From the NCBI GenBank assembly GCA_964406415.1, contig CAYORP010000218.1, positions 1 through 31,445 on the forward strand: 31,445 nucleotides of DNA. Reading direction: 5' to 3'. Position 1 is the stretch's first letter; every line of letters starts with the position of its first letter. Origin of the DNA: an uncultured bacterium. GTDB taxonomy: Bacteria; Ratteibacteria; UBA8468; B48-G9; JAFGKM01. The notes under the pieces are model-generated. The model was not told the origin of the DNA and did no database searches. It was given only the letters and a program-made list of their open reading frames with translations. Both the position numbers and the translations under genes were made by a program. This document shows, piece after piece, positions 18,452-27,406 of the stretch.

Positions 18452-19576
18452 ATGGGAAAAACAGACTGGTATAAAAAGGGATATGAAGAGGGGAAGAAGA
18501 ATAAAGAGTATATCAAAAGATGCTCTGAAAACTTCTTAAAGCAATTTCAGGCAGGTATGGGAAATATCTCTGCTGAAAGAGTGAAAAATTATTTTTCAAC
18601 ACTATACAAAAGACGGCTTGATGCTTCTCCCTCTTTAGTGAAATATCCGGAAGTTAAAGGCGTAAGGGAAAGGATTATCAGTCAGGACAAAGGATTGATG
18701 GATGCGCTACATATTGATTTTGGTTTGCTGTCTATCTACAGAAACTACAGGTTTTATTTTAACTACATTGAAAACCACGGGGAGAAATATAAGGGTAAGG
18801 ACTGCACGATAGTTTATTTCTCTGAAGGTAAAGATGGTCCAATGGTGGGGAAGAATGTTGATGATACAAAAAAGTTTATGTACAAAAAAATCCCAGAATT
18901 TAAGATTGAGAATAGAAAATTTTTCGTTGACTGCGTATCCAGCGGCATCTTCTACGGCGAGGTCCCACCGGAAATTTTTCCTGTCCCTGTATTTGAACTA
19001 CTTGAAGAAAATTGTTCAACCCTGAATGAGGCAATAGAGTTTTTAAGCAGATACAAATTTTTCTGGGGACAGGGTTCCTGTATATTAATAGAAATGAAAA
19101 CAAAACAGGGGGTTGTCTTTGAGAAGTCCAATTGTAGATATGAAATCAGGAAAATGAAGTATGGTGCCCTCTGGTGTACTGCTATGACATTTGCAGAGAA
19201 AAGGATGAAAGGTTATCTTGACAGGAAAAGAAGAGAGAGGGTGAGGAGAAGAAGAGAAAAGTGGGATGAATCTATTGAAGCAGAGTATTGGACAGGTTGC
19301 GATAGAAGGTACAAAAACCTTGAGAAACTTATTAAAGAAAGGAAAGGCAGATTTTCTCTTGAAAGTATGATTGAAATACTTCATAATAGATCACCTTACC
19401 CGGAAGGTATATGCCTTGATGGAGAAGGAAGAACAGATGATGAATTTCCAGAAACAAACTATACCATCCTGACAAGGATATGGTTAATGAACAAATATAA
19501 GGCTGGGTTCTGGCTTTTCTCGGACAAGAATTTTGCTTGTGAAGCAAGGCCAGTATGGAAAAAAGCAGGGGGGTAA
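18452..19576 (+). CDS. Peptidase C45 / acyl-CoA:6-APA acyltransferase-like Ntn-hydrolase
   Basis: D-C118-TIVYF...GPMVGKNVD matches the C45 CT...GxNxD pattern; later TLNEAIEFL and GSCILIE segments fit the fold. Cytoplasmic, weak SD. Confidence 0.7.
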   Translation: MGKTDWYKKGYEEGKKNKEYIKRCSENFLKQFQAGMGNISAERVKNYFSTLYKRRLDASPSLVKYPEVKGVRERIISQDKGLMDALHIDFGLLSIYRNYRFYFNYIENHGEKYKGKDCTIVYFSEGKDGPMVGKNVDDTKKFMYKKIPEFKIENRKFFVDCVSSGIFYGEVPPEIFPVPVFELLEENCSTLNEAIEFLSRYKFFWGQGSCILIEMKTKQGVVFEKSNCRYEIRKMKYGALWCTAMTFAEKRMKGYLDRKRRERVRRRREKWDESIEAEYWTGCDRRYKNLEKLIKERKGRFSLESMIEILHNRSPYPEGICLDGEGRTDDEFPETNYTILTRIWLMNKYKAGFWLFSDKNFACEARPVWKKAGG

Positions 19577-22546
19577 ATGGAAGAACTGAAAAAGATGTTT
19601 AAGAATCCGGACGCAGATTATGGGGTTTATCCTTTCTGGTTTTTAAACCACAGGATTGAGAAAAGAATCTTAAGGTGGCAACTAAAAGAGATGAAAGAGA
19701 ATGGAGTTGCTGGATTTTTCATGCATGCAAGGAGTGGACTGATACACCCTAAGTATCTCTCAAAAGGATGGTTTGAAACCATAAGATATATTGTGAAGGA
19801 GAGTGAGAAGATAAACATTAACTCAGAGATATATGATGAGTTTGACTGCCCGAGTGGAACAGCAGGAGAAATTATTCCTCTTCTCTATCCGCAATATAGG
19901 GCAAGGTTCCTAAATATCTGGAGAAAAAAGGTAGAGGTCAAGACGAAGTTTAGTGTACAGATTCCGGAAGGTGAGATACTGAAGATATTTGCAATAAAAG
20001 ATGGTAAGATACTTGACTTAACAGATAAAATTGAGGTTACAAAGAGAGGGTTTTCCTACCATCTGGATTGGACGAGCCAATACTATTATAGGACTGAAGA
20101 GGACTATAGACACAGCAGAGCTATTACTTTCATTCCTGAATTGTTTGTGACAGTACCTTTCCCTGGAGAGTGGGAAGTAATCATCTTCTATATATCAGAT
20201 AAACAAAAGCCAGAATTTACCCATCAGGTCTACCTTGATGTTCTGAATCCTGAAGCAACTGATATGTTCATTAAATACACACATAATAACTACAAAAGAT
20301 ATGTCTCTGATAACTTTGGGAAAAATCTTCACTATTTTTTTGTAGATGAGCCAAAGATGTTCTCACAATTTCCATGGACAAATAGACTTGAGGATAAGTT
20401 TCGCAAGAAATATGGATATTCACTCGTTGGAAATTTATACCACCTTGTCCTTGATACAGACAAGGAGAGTGAGAAGGTAAGATTTCACTACCGCCAAATC
20501 CTCACTGAACTTTTTGCAAAATCATTTGTTTTAAGAATAAAGAACTGGTGTAATGAAAATAATCTTCAACTGGTGGGACACATAAGTCCAGAAGAGGATA
20601 TTTCACATGAGGGTTACCTCCTCGGTTCACTGATGGAACTGCTTGAAGGTTTTGATATTCCGGGGACTGATATAATCATTCCTGCAATAGGAGATGAAAA
20701 ACACAAACTTCTGAATAGAACTATGATAATATCTTCTTCTGTCGCTGAAAGGAAAGGAGTCCCTTCTTTATGTGAGAGTTTTGGGAGCTCTGACTGGCAT
20801 TTTACTCCACTGGCGATGAAAAAAATTACTGACTGGTTTTTCACGCTTGGAATAAATTTTGTGGTTCCACATGCATTCTTCTATTCTATTGACGGTTTAA
20901 GAAAGCATGAGGCAGGACCATCTCAGTTCTACCAGTGGACATTCTGGAAATATTACAGATATTATTCCCGGTATGTATCCCGCCTTTCTTACATTATGCA
21001 GAATACCCGGCCCACTGTCAACTGCGCTTTTCTTTATCCAGTCTCAACCATCTGGAGAATCTTGCCTGATGAAAAGAAGACAGGGGAGATAAACAAAAAG
21101 ATAGATGACCTGACCTTCTCTCTTCTATCTAATCATTACCACTTCCACTTTATAACAGAAAAGGATATAAAATATGGCCGGGTTATGGACAAAGGGGTCT
21201 CTTGCGGGCAGGCCACATACTCTGTGATACTTATATTGAAGGGGACATATATCTCTCCTGATGTCAGATTGAGGATTGAAGAGTTTAAAAAGGAGGGGGT
21301 TGACATTATTGAGTTTGAAAATATAAAGGAAGTAATAGGGTATTTAAGTACAAAAAAACTGAATAGTTTTGAAATCAAAGGCTCTGAAAGAGAGAAAATT
21401 TTTGCATTTGAAAAAAAGAGGGGAGATAGTTCCTTCTATCTTTTTATGAACACCTCCGACAGAAGACTTCAGGTAGAGATTGAAATTAAGGGTAAAACAG
21501 GTATTGAAATATGGGACTGCGAAACAGGGAATATCACCCCCGTCCCTGTAAAAATAAGTAATGGTAAGACCTATATCAAACCTGAATTTTATCCATTTCA
21601 AAGTCTTCTACTATCAACATCAAAAAATATAGTCTCTGAACAGAAAAAAAGAGTTATAAAGAAGCGATACTTACTGAAAAGCGAATGGGAAATTAGAGAG
21701 GTTGAAAACTATCTCGTTCTGAACAGATGGAAGGTTAGAAAAGAGAAGAAAGACATGGATGTAGTCGTCCCCTCCCCTGTCTATAAAATCTTCCCTGAAA
21801 TCTTTCACGGTGAATGGAAAAAGACGGTCTTCGGGAAAATACCTGCTGAGAGTGTAGAAAAAAAACGAATTGAGTTTAAGACAAAATTCAGGGTCAAGAA
21901 CAAGATTAAAAAGATAGAGATACTCATTGAAAAAGACGGCATTAAAGGGAAACACCATATTTTCATAAACGGGAAAAGAATAAAAGAACTCAAGAGACAG
22001 AAGGAATACGATACCTTCAATATGAAAATGGATATAACATCTTTAATAAAGAAAGGAGAAAACAAGATAAGTATTAGTTTGATTACTGACCATCTTGAGT
22101 CAGGGATTTTCTCTCCTGTTATTTTGAAGGGTGCCTTTTCTTTGGATGAAAAGAATGGTTACTATGAGATTATAACTGAGAGGAGGAGATTAAAAACAGG
22201 TTCATGGGTTTCTCAGGGTTTCCCGTTTTTTTCTGGTACAATGAGATATTTACAGAGAGTCAAACCTGATATCGATTATAAAAATACGGATAAGATATTC
22301 TTGAATTTCCCATCTGTGGGAGAGATGGTGGAAGTGAGAATAAACCAAAAGAATGCAGGTGTTTTAATGTGGCACCCATTTAGAATTGAAGTTAAGGACT
22401 TCTTGAAAGATGGGAGTAACCTGTTTGAGTTCCTGATTACAAATTCTAATGCAAATCTATTTCTAAAAAAAGGGCGTCCATCTGGAATTCTGGAGACACC
22501 TTTCCTTGAACTACAAACAGGTTACAATAAAACTCCTGAAAGATAA
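19577..22546 (+). CDS. GH106-like (alpha-L-rhamnosidase-like) glycoside hydrolase with C-terminal GH2-type galactose-binding-like domain
   Basis: YPFWFLN...QLKEMKENGVAGFFMHARSGL, YLDVLNPEA, FFVDEP, PGTD, CESFG, LGINFVVPHAFFYS; C-terminal EMVEVRIN...LMWHPFRIEV...GSNLFEFLITN. No signal peptide. Abuts the upstream stop (TAA-ATG). Confidence 0.8.
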   Translation: MEELKKMFKNPDADYGVYPFWFLNHRIEKRILRWQLKEMKENGVAGFFMHARSGLIHPKYLSKGWFETIRYIVKESEKININSEIYDEFDCPSGTAGEIIPLLYPQYRARFLNIWRKKVEVKTKFSVQIPEGEILKIFAIKDGKILDLTDKIEVTKRGFSYHLDWTSQYYYRTEEDYRHSRAITFIPELFVTVPFPGEWEVIIFYISDKQKPEFTHQVYLDVLNPEATDMFIKYTHNNYKRYVSDNFGKNLHYFFVDEPKMFSQFPWTNRLEDKFRKKYGYSLVGNLYHLVLDTDKESEKVRFHYRQILTELFAKSFVLRIKNWCNENNLQLVGHISPEEDISHEGYLLGSLMELLEGFDIPGTDIIIPAIGDEKHKLLNRTMIISSSVAERKGVPSLCESFGSSDWHFTPLAMKKITDWFFTLGINFVVPHAFFYSIDGLRKHEAGPSQFYQWTFWKYYRYYSRYVSRLSYIMQNTRPTVNCAFLYPVSTIWRILPDEKKTGEINKKIDDLTFSLLSNHYHFHFITEKDIKYGRVMDKGVSCGQATYSVILILKGTYISPDVRLRIEEFKKEGVDIIEFENIKEVIGYLSTKKLNSFEIKGSEREKIFAFEKKRGDSSFYLFMNTSDRRLQVEIEIKGKTGIEIWDCETGNITPVPVKISNGKTYIKPEFYPFQSLLLSTSKNIVSEQKKRVIKKRYLLKSEWEIREVENYLVLNRWKVRKEKKDMDVVVPSPVYKIFPEIFHGEWKKTVFGKIPAESVEKKRIEFKTKFRVKNKIKKIEILIEKDGIKGKHHIFINGKRIKELKRQKEYDTFNMKMDITSLIKKGENKISISLITDHLESGIFSPVILKGAFSLDEKNGYYEIITERRRLKTGSWVSQGFPFFSGTMRYLQRVKPDIDYKNTDKIFLNFPSVGEMVEVRINQKNAGVLMWHPFRIEVKDFLKDGSNLFEFLITNSNANLFLKKGRPSGILETPFLELQTGYNKTPER

Positions 22547-22659
22547 TTTCTTCGATTTATATGCCGTGAAGATACAAGTAACTACTTTATGGTTTATCTC
22601 CTTTACAATCAGGTTTTTCTTAACCATAGTAACACTATTTTGGGGAGACCGAAACTTAT

Positions 22660-22688
22660 TTGCTCTTTATCACACATCCTGTTAAAAT
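22660..22688 (+). promoter_or_regulatory. Candidate sigma70-type promoter (extended -10) for the lipoprotein-GT2 operon
   Basis: TTGCTC (22660-22665), 17 bp, TAAAAT (22683-22688) with TGn extension (TGTTAAAAT). Confidence 0.6.
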
Positions 22689-22721
22689 AGAAGAAAAGTA
22701 GTAAATAAAATAGGGGAAGCG

Positions 22722-22865
22722 ATGAGAAGACAAAAATTTGTTGCGATTTTTTTTCTGTTTGCCTCAGGAATTTTTGTTGTTCTCTTCAGTGGATGTACAG
22801 CAACAAGCAGCGGGAGCAACGCTATAGAAATAGATTCTGAAACCGGTGAAATCATTGAGGAATGA
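22722..22865 (+). CDS. Small lipoprotein, 47 aa, absent from the ORF track (MRRQKFVAIFFLFASGIFVVLFSG-CTATSSGSNAIEIDSETGEIIEE)
   Basis: AGGGGA SD, basic n-region, hydrophobic h-region, FSG-C lipobox (C25), and TGA stop overlapping the next ATG (ATGA at 22862-22865). Confidence 0.85.
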   Translation: MRRQKFVAIFFLFASGIFVVLFSGCTATSSGSNAIEIDSETGEIIEE

Positions 22866-25198
22866 TAAGAAAATTATCAATATCAGCCATAGTAGTTTTT
22901 ATTATTATGGCATTTGTATATGTAGACAACAATGAAAAAGAGGAAGAATATTTTCAGGAGAAGATAAGAGAATCTTCCTCTGACAGACTTGTTGTTTTAG
23001 GTGATTTTGAAAGAGAATACGAAGGATGGTCTGCCTCTGGCGGAAAAATTACAAGAAGTTCTAAACATGCATCCAGCGGCAGATACAGCCTTGAAATTTC
23101 ACAGGGGGAAGAAGAAGTAACCCTAACCAAAAAAGAAATTTTTGACTGGTCGGACATCAGCAACCTTTCATTTGATGTGTACCTGCCTTCAGGCGCAAAA
23201 GGGAAAGAGGTTTACATATCCGTTGTGGATAAAGAAAATTTCTGGTATAAGATAAAAAAAACATTCACCCTGTCAGAAGGGTGGAACTCCTGTCGGATAA
23301 ATATAGATGCTGATATGGTACCTGCAGGACACTATCGCCCATGGTCAGGATACATCTCTTCTTCTTTACAGGCAATAAACATAAAGTTTCAGTCCCGAAC
23401 ACCGTTTGTCTACCCTTTATACGTTGACAACATAAGAGTTTCGGGGGAAAAGTTTTCCGAAAAGAAACCACCACTGGGAATAAGAGATTTCAGGGTAAAT
23501 ACAACAGAGGTTGAAAAATATGCAAGGTTTGAGGTTAGTTTTCTACTCTCCAGGGAGTACAATAATCCTTTTGACCCTGAACAGGTCAGGATAGACTGTG
23601 TTTTTTTTGCTCCGTCAGGAAAGATGGTTGAGACACCTGGATTTTTCTATCAGCAATACATAAGAAGATTGTCTGCGGGAAAAGAACATCTCATCCCGGC
23701 GGGAACAGCCAGATGGCTTGTCCGCTTTGCACCATGTGAAACCGGGACATACAGATATTACATAAGGGTAAAAGACAGGTATGATTCAATTAAAACAGAT
23801 AATCTGAAATTTGTATCCCGGCCCTCTTCCAATCGTGGATATGTCAGGGTAAATAGCAGTGAGAAAAGATATTTTGAACTTGAAGACGGCTCTTTTTTTT
23901 ATCCAATAGGACTCAATCTCATATCTCCATGGGACACACCCTATCAACAGAAATACGTTGAAACACTGCCCCTGGGACTCGGGACATATATCTACGACAG
24001 GTATATTGATAAGATGTCCGCAAACGGAATGAATTTTTTCCGTATGTGGATGGCTCACTGGTGGCTGGCTCTCGAGTGGAACCCTGAGAAAGGCCCTTTT
24101 CAGGGGATAGGCAGATACAGTCTCAGTAATGCTTGGAGGCTTGACCACATAATAGAACAGGCAGAAAAACACGGCATTTACGTTCTTCTCACACTGAACA
24201 ACCATACGCAACTGACGGGCCATGAAAGAGGATGGGAGATGAATCCTTACAACAGGGCAAATGGTGGATTTCTAACTCACACTGAGGAATTTTTTACAAA
24301 TCCACAGGCAAAAGAGATGCACAAAAAAAAACTGAGATACATTATCGGAAGGTGGGGATATTCCACCGCTGTTTTTGCCTGGGACCTGTGGAGCGAGGTG
24401 GACCTGACAGGCGGATTTAATTCTTTCAAAGTAAGACAGTGGCACAAAGAGATGGCAGGATACATCAAGAAAAACGACCCTTCAGGACATATGGTATCAA
24501 CACACTTCTGCATTCCGTCAAGGACTCTGGAATGGGAACTACCTGAAGAGATGGATTTTATACACAGCAACTCATGGGTTAACGTAGACGGGTTTTCTGA
24601 TTCTCAGGTGGAGGCAATATCACAGTACTATGAACGTATGAAAAGATTTGGTACTCCCACATTTGTATCTGAATATGGAGGACACTGGGCAGGCAGTGAG
24701 AGAGAGGTAATGCTCAGAGACCTGCATACCGGACTGTGGGCAAATTATATGATACCTCTCTCCGGCAGTCCGCAATTCTGGTGGTGGAACCTGATTGACG
24801 AGGAAGACCTTTATTTCCATTACGGTGCGCTTGCTCGTTTTGCAGAGGGAGAGGAACGAAGAGGTAAAAACCTCCAGCAAAAAAAGGGCGTTATAGAGAA
24901 TGATGAGTCAGGTCATCTCTCAGCAATCTTACTTGGCAATGACACCACAGTTTACGGCTGGATATACAACTTTCTCACTGCCCTGCGTATATCACATGAG
25001 AAGATAAACCTCAGTGGGGCCTATCTCCTCATCAGCAATCTTCGCAATGGAAGATACAGAATAGAGTTCTGGGATACATATAAGGGCAGAATCACCGGGA
25101 CAATAAATGCGGCTGCGAGCAATGGAATGCTGAAAATTGCCCTGCCGGATATTGAAAATGATATTGCCTGCAAAATAAAGAGGATGGATGAGCAATAA
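22862..25198 (+). CDS. Membrane-anchored GH5-like TIM-barrel protein with CBM-like and DUF5060-like N-terminal domains
   Basis: N-terminal TM/signal anchor; GDFE...LSFDVYLP...LYVDNIRV (CBM-like); YNNPFDPEQV...WLVRFAPCETGTYRY (DUF5060-like); YFELEDGSFFYPIG, RYIIGRWGYSTAVFAWDLWSE (E512), FVSEYG (E604). Confidence 0.78.
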   Translation: MIRKLSISAIVVFIIMAFVYVDNNEKEEEYFQEKIRESSSDRLVVLGDFEREYEGWSASGGKITRSSKHASSGRYSLEISQGEEEVTLTKKEIFDWSDISNLSFDVYLPSGAKGKEVYISVVDKENFWYKIKKTFTLSEGWNSCRINIDADMVPAGHYRPWSGYISSSLQAINIKFQSRTPFVYPLYVDNIRVSGEKFSEKKPPLGIRDFRVNTTEVEKYARFEVSFLLSREYNNPFDPEQVRIDCVFFAPSGKMVETPGFFYQQYIRRLSAGKEHLIPAGTARWLVRFAPCETGTYRYYIRVKDRYDSIKTDNLKFVSRPSSNRGYVRVNSSEKRYFELEDGSFFYPIGLNLISPWDTPYQQKYVETLPLGLGTYIYDRYIDKMSANGMNFFRMWMAHWWLALEWNPEKGPFQGIGRYSLSNAWRLDHIIEQAEKHGIYVLLTLNNHTQLTGHERGWEMNPYNRANGGFLTHTEEFFTNPQAKEMHKKKLRYIIGRWGYSTAVFAWDLWSEVDLTGGFNSFKVRQWHKEMAGYIKKNDPSGHMVSTHFCIPSRTLEWELPEEMDFIHSNSWVNVDGFSDSQVEAISQYYERMKRFGTPTFVSEYGGHWAGSEREVMLRDLHTGLWANYMIPLSGSPQFWWWNLIDEEDLYFHYGALARFAEGEERRGKNLQQKKGVIENDESGHLSAILLGNDTTVYGWIYNFLTALRISHEKINLSGAYLLISNLRNGRYRIEFWDTYKGRITGTINAAASNGMLKIALPDIENDIACKIKRMDEQ

Positions 25199-27406
25199 AT
25201 GGTAAAAATAGAAATGTATATAAGGTTGAAACTTTTATGCATGACAGGCCTGTGGGTATTTTTCTGCACAAACCTTTTTGCGGAGACGCCGTGGTGGAAC
25301 CCTGACTGGAAATACAGAGCGGAGATACTCATTGAAACCCCTAAACTCAATACCTCTGTTGATACATCTTCGGTAAACCTTTTTACAGACGGCAGGTCAA
25401 AACCCGGCGGGGATGACATAAGAATCGTTGACATAGAAGGGAAAGAGGTGCCTTGCAAAGTGATATCAGAAAAACCAGAAGGTTTTGAAGTCTTATTCCG
25501 CGTGGAAGGTAAAAATAGAGAACTTTTCCATGCATACTTCGGCAACATACTGGCAGAAAAACCTTCTTATCACTGGATACCACAGACAGGCGAACTCACC
25601 CTTGAAACACGACAAAAAACAGACCACAGACACCCTGCAAATCTTGAACAGATGGTCAGGGGATTCAACGCAAGCAGCCCTGTATATAAAAAAGGGGTGC
25701 GGAAAAAAATTGACGACAGTGAAAATCCTTTCGGGCCTAATAATTATTATTACAGTTATTACCGCGGGCACATCAACTGCCCCATAGAAGGAGAATACTG
25801 GTTTGCCACAAATTCAGATGATGCATCCTTTTTACTGATTGACGGCAAACCGGTTATAGGCTGGCCATTATCCCACACAAAAGACGGAGGAGTAAACAAG
25901 CCCCTCGTAAATATTTGGACAAGGCGAAACAGGATTAACCTCCATAAAGGGATTCACCTCATAGAATATTATCAGGAAGAAGGGGTGGGTTCACAGATGG
26001 CAAGAGCAGGATGGAAAAAACCCGGGGATGAAGATTTTGAGATTATCCCGGAAGAATTTTTTATATCTTCCCTGAACGCAGTTCAGAACTCTTTTGAAGA
26101 AAAAGACTCCACGCCGTACGCCTTTTTCAGATTCACCGCTGTGAGGAATATCCGGTTCAAAGGATTGAAAGAGGAGTTTGTTACCCTGAAATTTATAAAC
26201 AAAACATTTTCACCTGAGGGGAAAGAAATTGCATACCGCTGGAACTTTGGTGATGGAACATACAGTGACAAGAAAGAACCCGAGCACACACTTGTCGCAG
26301 GCAGGGAATATAATATCAGTCTTACTATTACCGACATGGATAAGAAAGGGAAAAACAAAATAACGATACCGGTCAAAATAGAAAAAGAGACTATAAAAGC
26401 AGAGAGGTTCAGTCTGAATATGGGAGTGATGAGCAACAAGATGGTTTATGACGAAAGAGAAATGGCTGGTATTAAATACTGGGTAAGAAACTATACTGAG
26501 AAACCTATCACACTCTCAGTATCCCGTGAAGTTTTTACACGCAGCAGTGAAGGTCTTTCTAACACCACAGAGGCTATAAGTCTTGAACCCTACAAATCAA
26601 GGGAGACCTCTTTTTCTGTTTCTCCTGAGGTTTCTGAAATACGTCTTTCTCTTAAGTATAACGGACATACCATTATACGTAAAGATATCATCTTTCTTGA
26701 ACCAATGGAGAAGATTCCTGCATTGAACCTTTCTGAAGGAAAGATTGAAGACCAGCATGGGAAACAGGTACTGATAAGAACAAAAAGCATACCAGAAAAG
26801 GTTTCATCTTATTCAGGACTTAAAAATAATATCTCAAGAATTGTACTTGTAAGCAGCCATGGCCAGAATCCTCCTGACGGTAAAACCTATTGCGAACAAT
26901 TTGTAAGCAGTCTTGTGGACAGGGAAAACAACAGACCTAAGATAATACCAGTGAGAATAGAAGCATCCATACCTTATTATTCCCCGCTGCTGGCTCTTAT
27001 AAAAATGAACGAGATACTGAGCCAGAATCCGGATATGCTCCTGTTTGTACCCGGACAGAATGAAATAAACTATATGCTTGAGGTGAATAAAGAATTTAAA
27101 AACCTGCTTTCTTTTTTTGTGACAGTATTGCAAACAAATAATGTTCAGTGTATGCTCATTGTACCTCCTGCAGTACCGGGTAAGGTTGAACAATCAACAT
27201 CTCTTGCGGTTGCCATAAAAGAGGTCGGTCTGAGACAGTCAATATTATTGTTAGACCTTTACAGTTCACTGCCGGATGGAAAACAAAAAATAGGAACTTA
27301 TTACAGGACGGCAAATACACTTTCTTCTTTTCCAAATGTTGCAACCCAGAAGTTTCTGGCGGAAAGGTTATCTGAACACATAAAAAAATGGATAAGTCCC
27401 AGATAA
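25199..27406 (+). CDS. Secreted multidomain protein: DUF2341-like + PA14 + PKD + degenerate SGNH-like domain
   Basis: Signal peptide; PWWNPDWKYR...GDDIRIVD (DUF2341-like); GEYWFATNSDDASFLLIDGK (PA14 with DD pair); YRWNFGDG (PKD); LFVPGQNE...LLLDLY...FPNVATQKFLA (SGNH-like without catalytic His). Confidence 0.78.
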   Translation: MVKIEMYIRLKLLCMTGLWVFFCTNLFAETPWWNPDWKYRAEILIETPKLNTSVDTSSVNLFTDGRSKPGGDDIRIVDIEGKEVPCKVISEKPEGFEVLFRVEGKNRELFHAYFGNILAEKPSYHWIPQTGELTLETRQKTDHRHPANLEQMVRGFNASSPVYKKGVRKKIDDSENPFGPNNYYYSYYRGHINCPIEGEYWFATNSDDASFLLIDGKPVIGWPLSHTKDGGVNKPLVNIWTRRNRINLHKGIHLIEYYQEEGVGSQMARAGWKKPGDEDFEIIPEEFFISSLNAVQNSFEEKDSTPYAFFRFTAVRNIRFKGLKEEFVTLKFINKTFSPEGKEIAYRWNFGDGTYSDKKEPEHTLVAGREYNISLTITDMDKKGKNKITIPVKIEKETIKAERFSLNMGVMSNKMVYDEREMAGIKYWVRNYTEKPITLSVSREVFTRSSEGLSNTTEAISLEPYKSRETSFSVSPEVSEIRLSLKYNGHTIIRKDIIFLEPMEKIPALNLSEGKIEDQHGKQVLIRTKSIPEKVSSYSGLKNNISRIVLVSSHGQNPPDGKTYCEQFVSSLVDRENNRPKIIPVRIEASIPYYSPLLALIKMNEILSQNPDMLLFVPGQNEINYMLEVNKEFKNLLSFFVTVLQTNNVQCMLIVPPAVPGKVEQSTSLAVAIKEVGLRQSILLLDLYSSLPDGKQKIGTYYRTANTLSSFPNVATQKFLAERLSEHIKKWISPR

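Noticed and set aside
22547-22640. Possible terminator TCTTC...GAAGA (22549-22572) and small palindrome ATAGT-AAC-ACTAT (22626-22638)
   Set aside because: AT-rich 5-bp arms, no GC stem or U-tract; compatible with chance.
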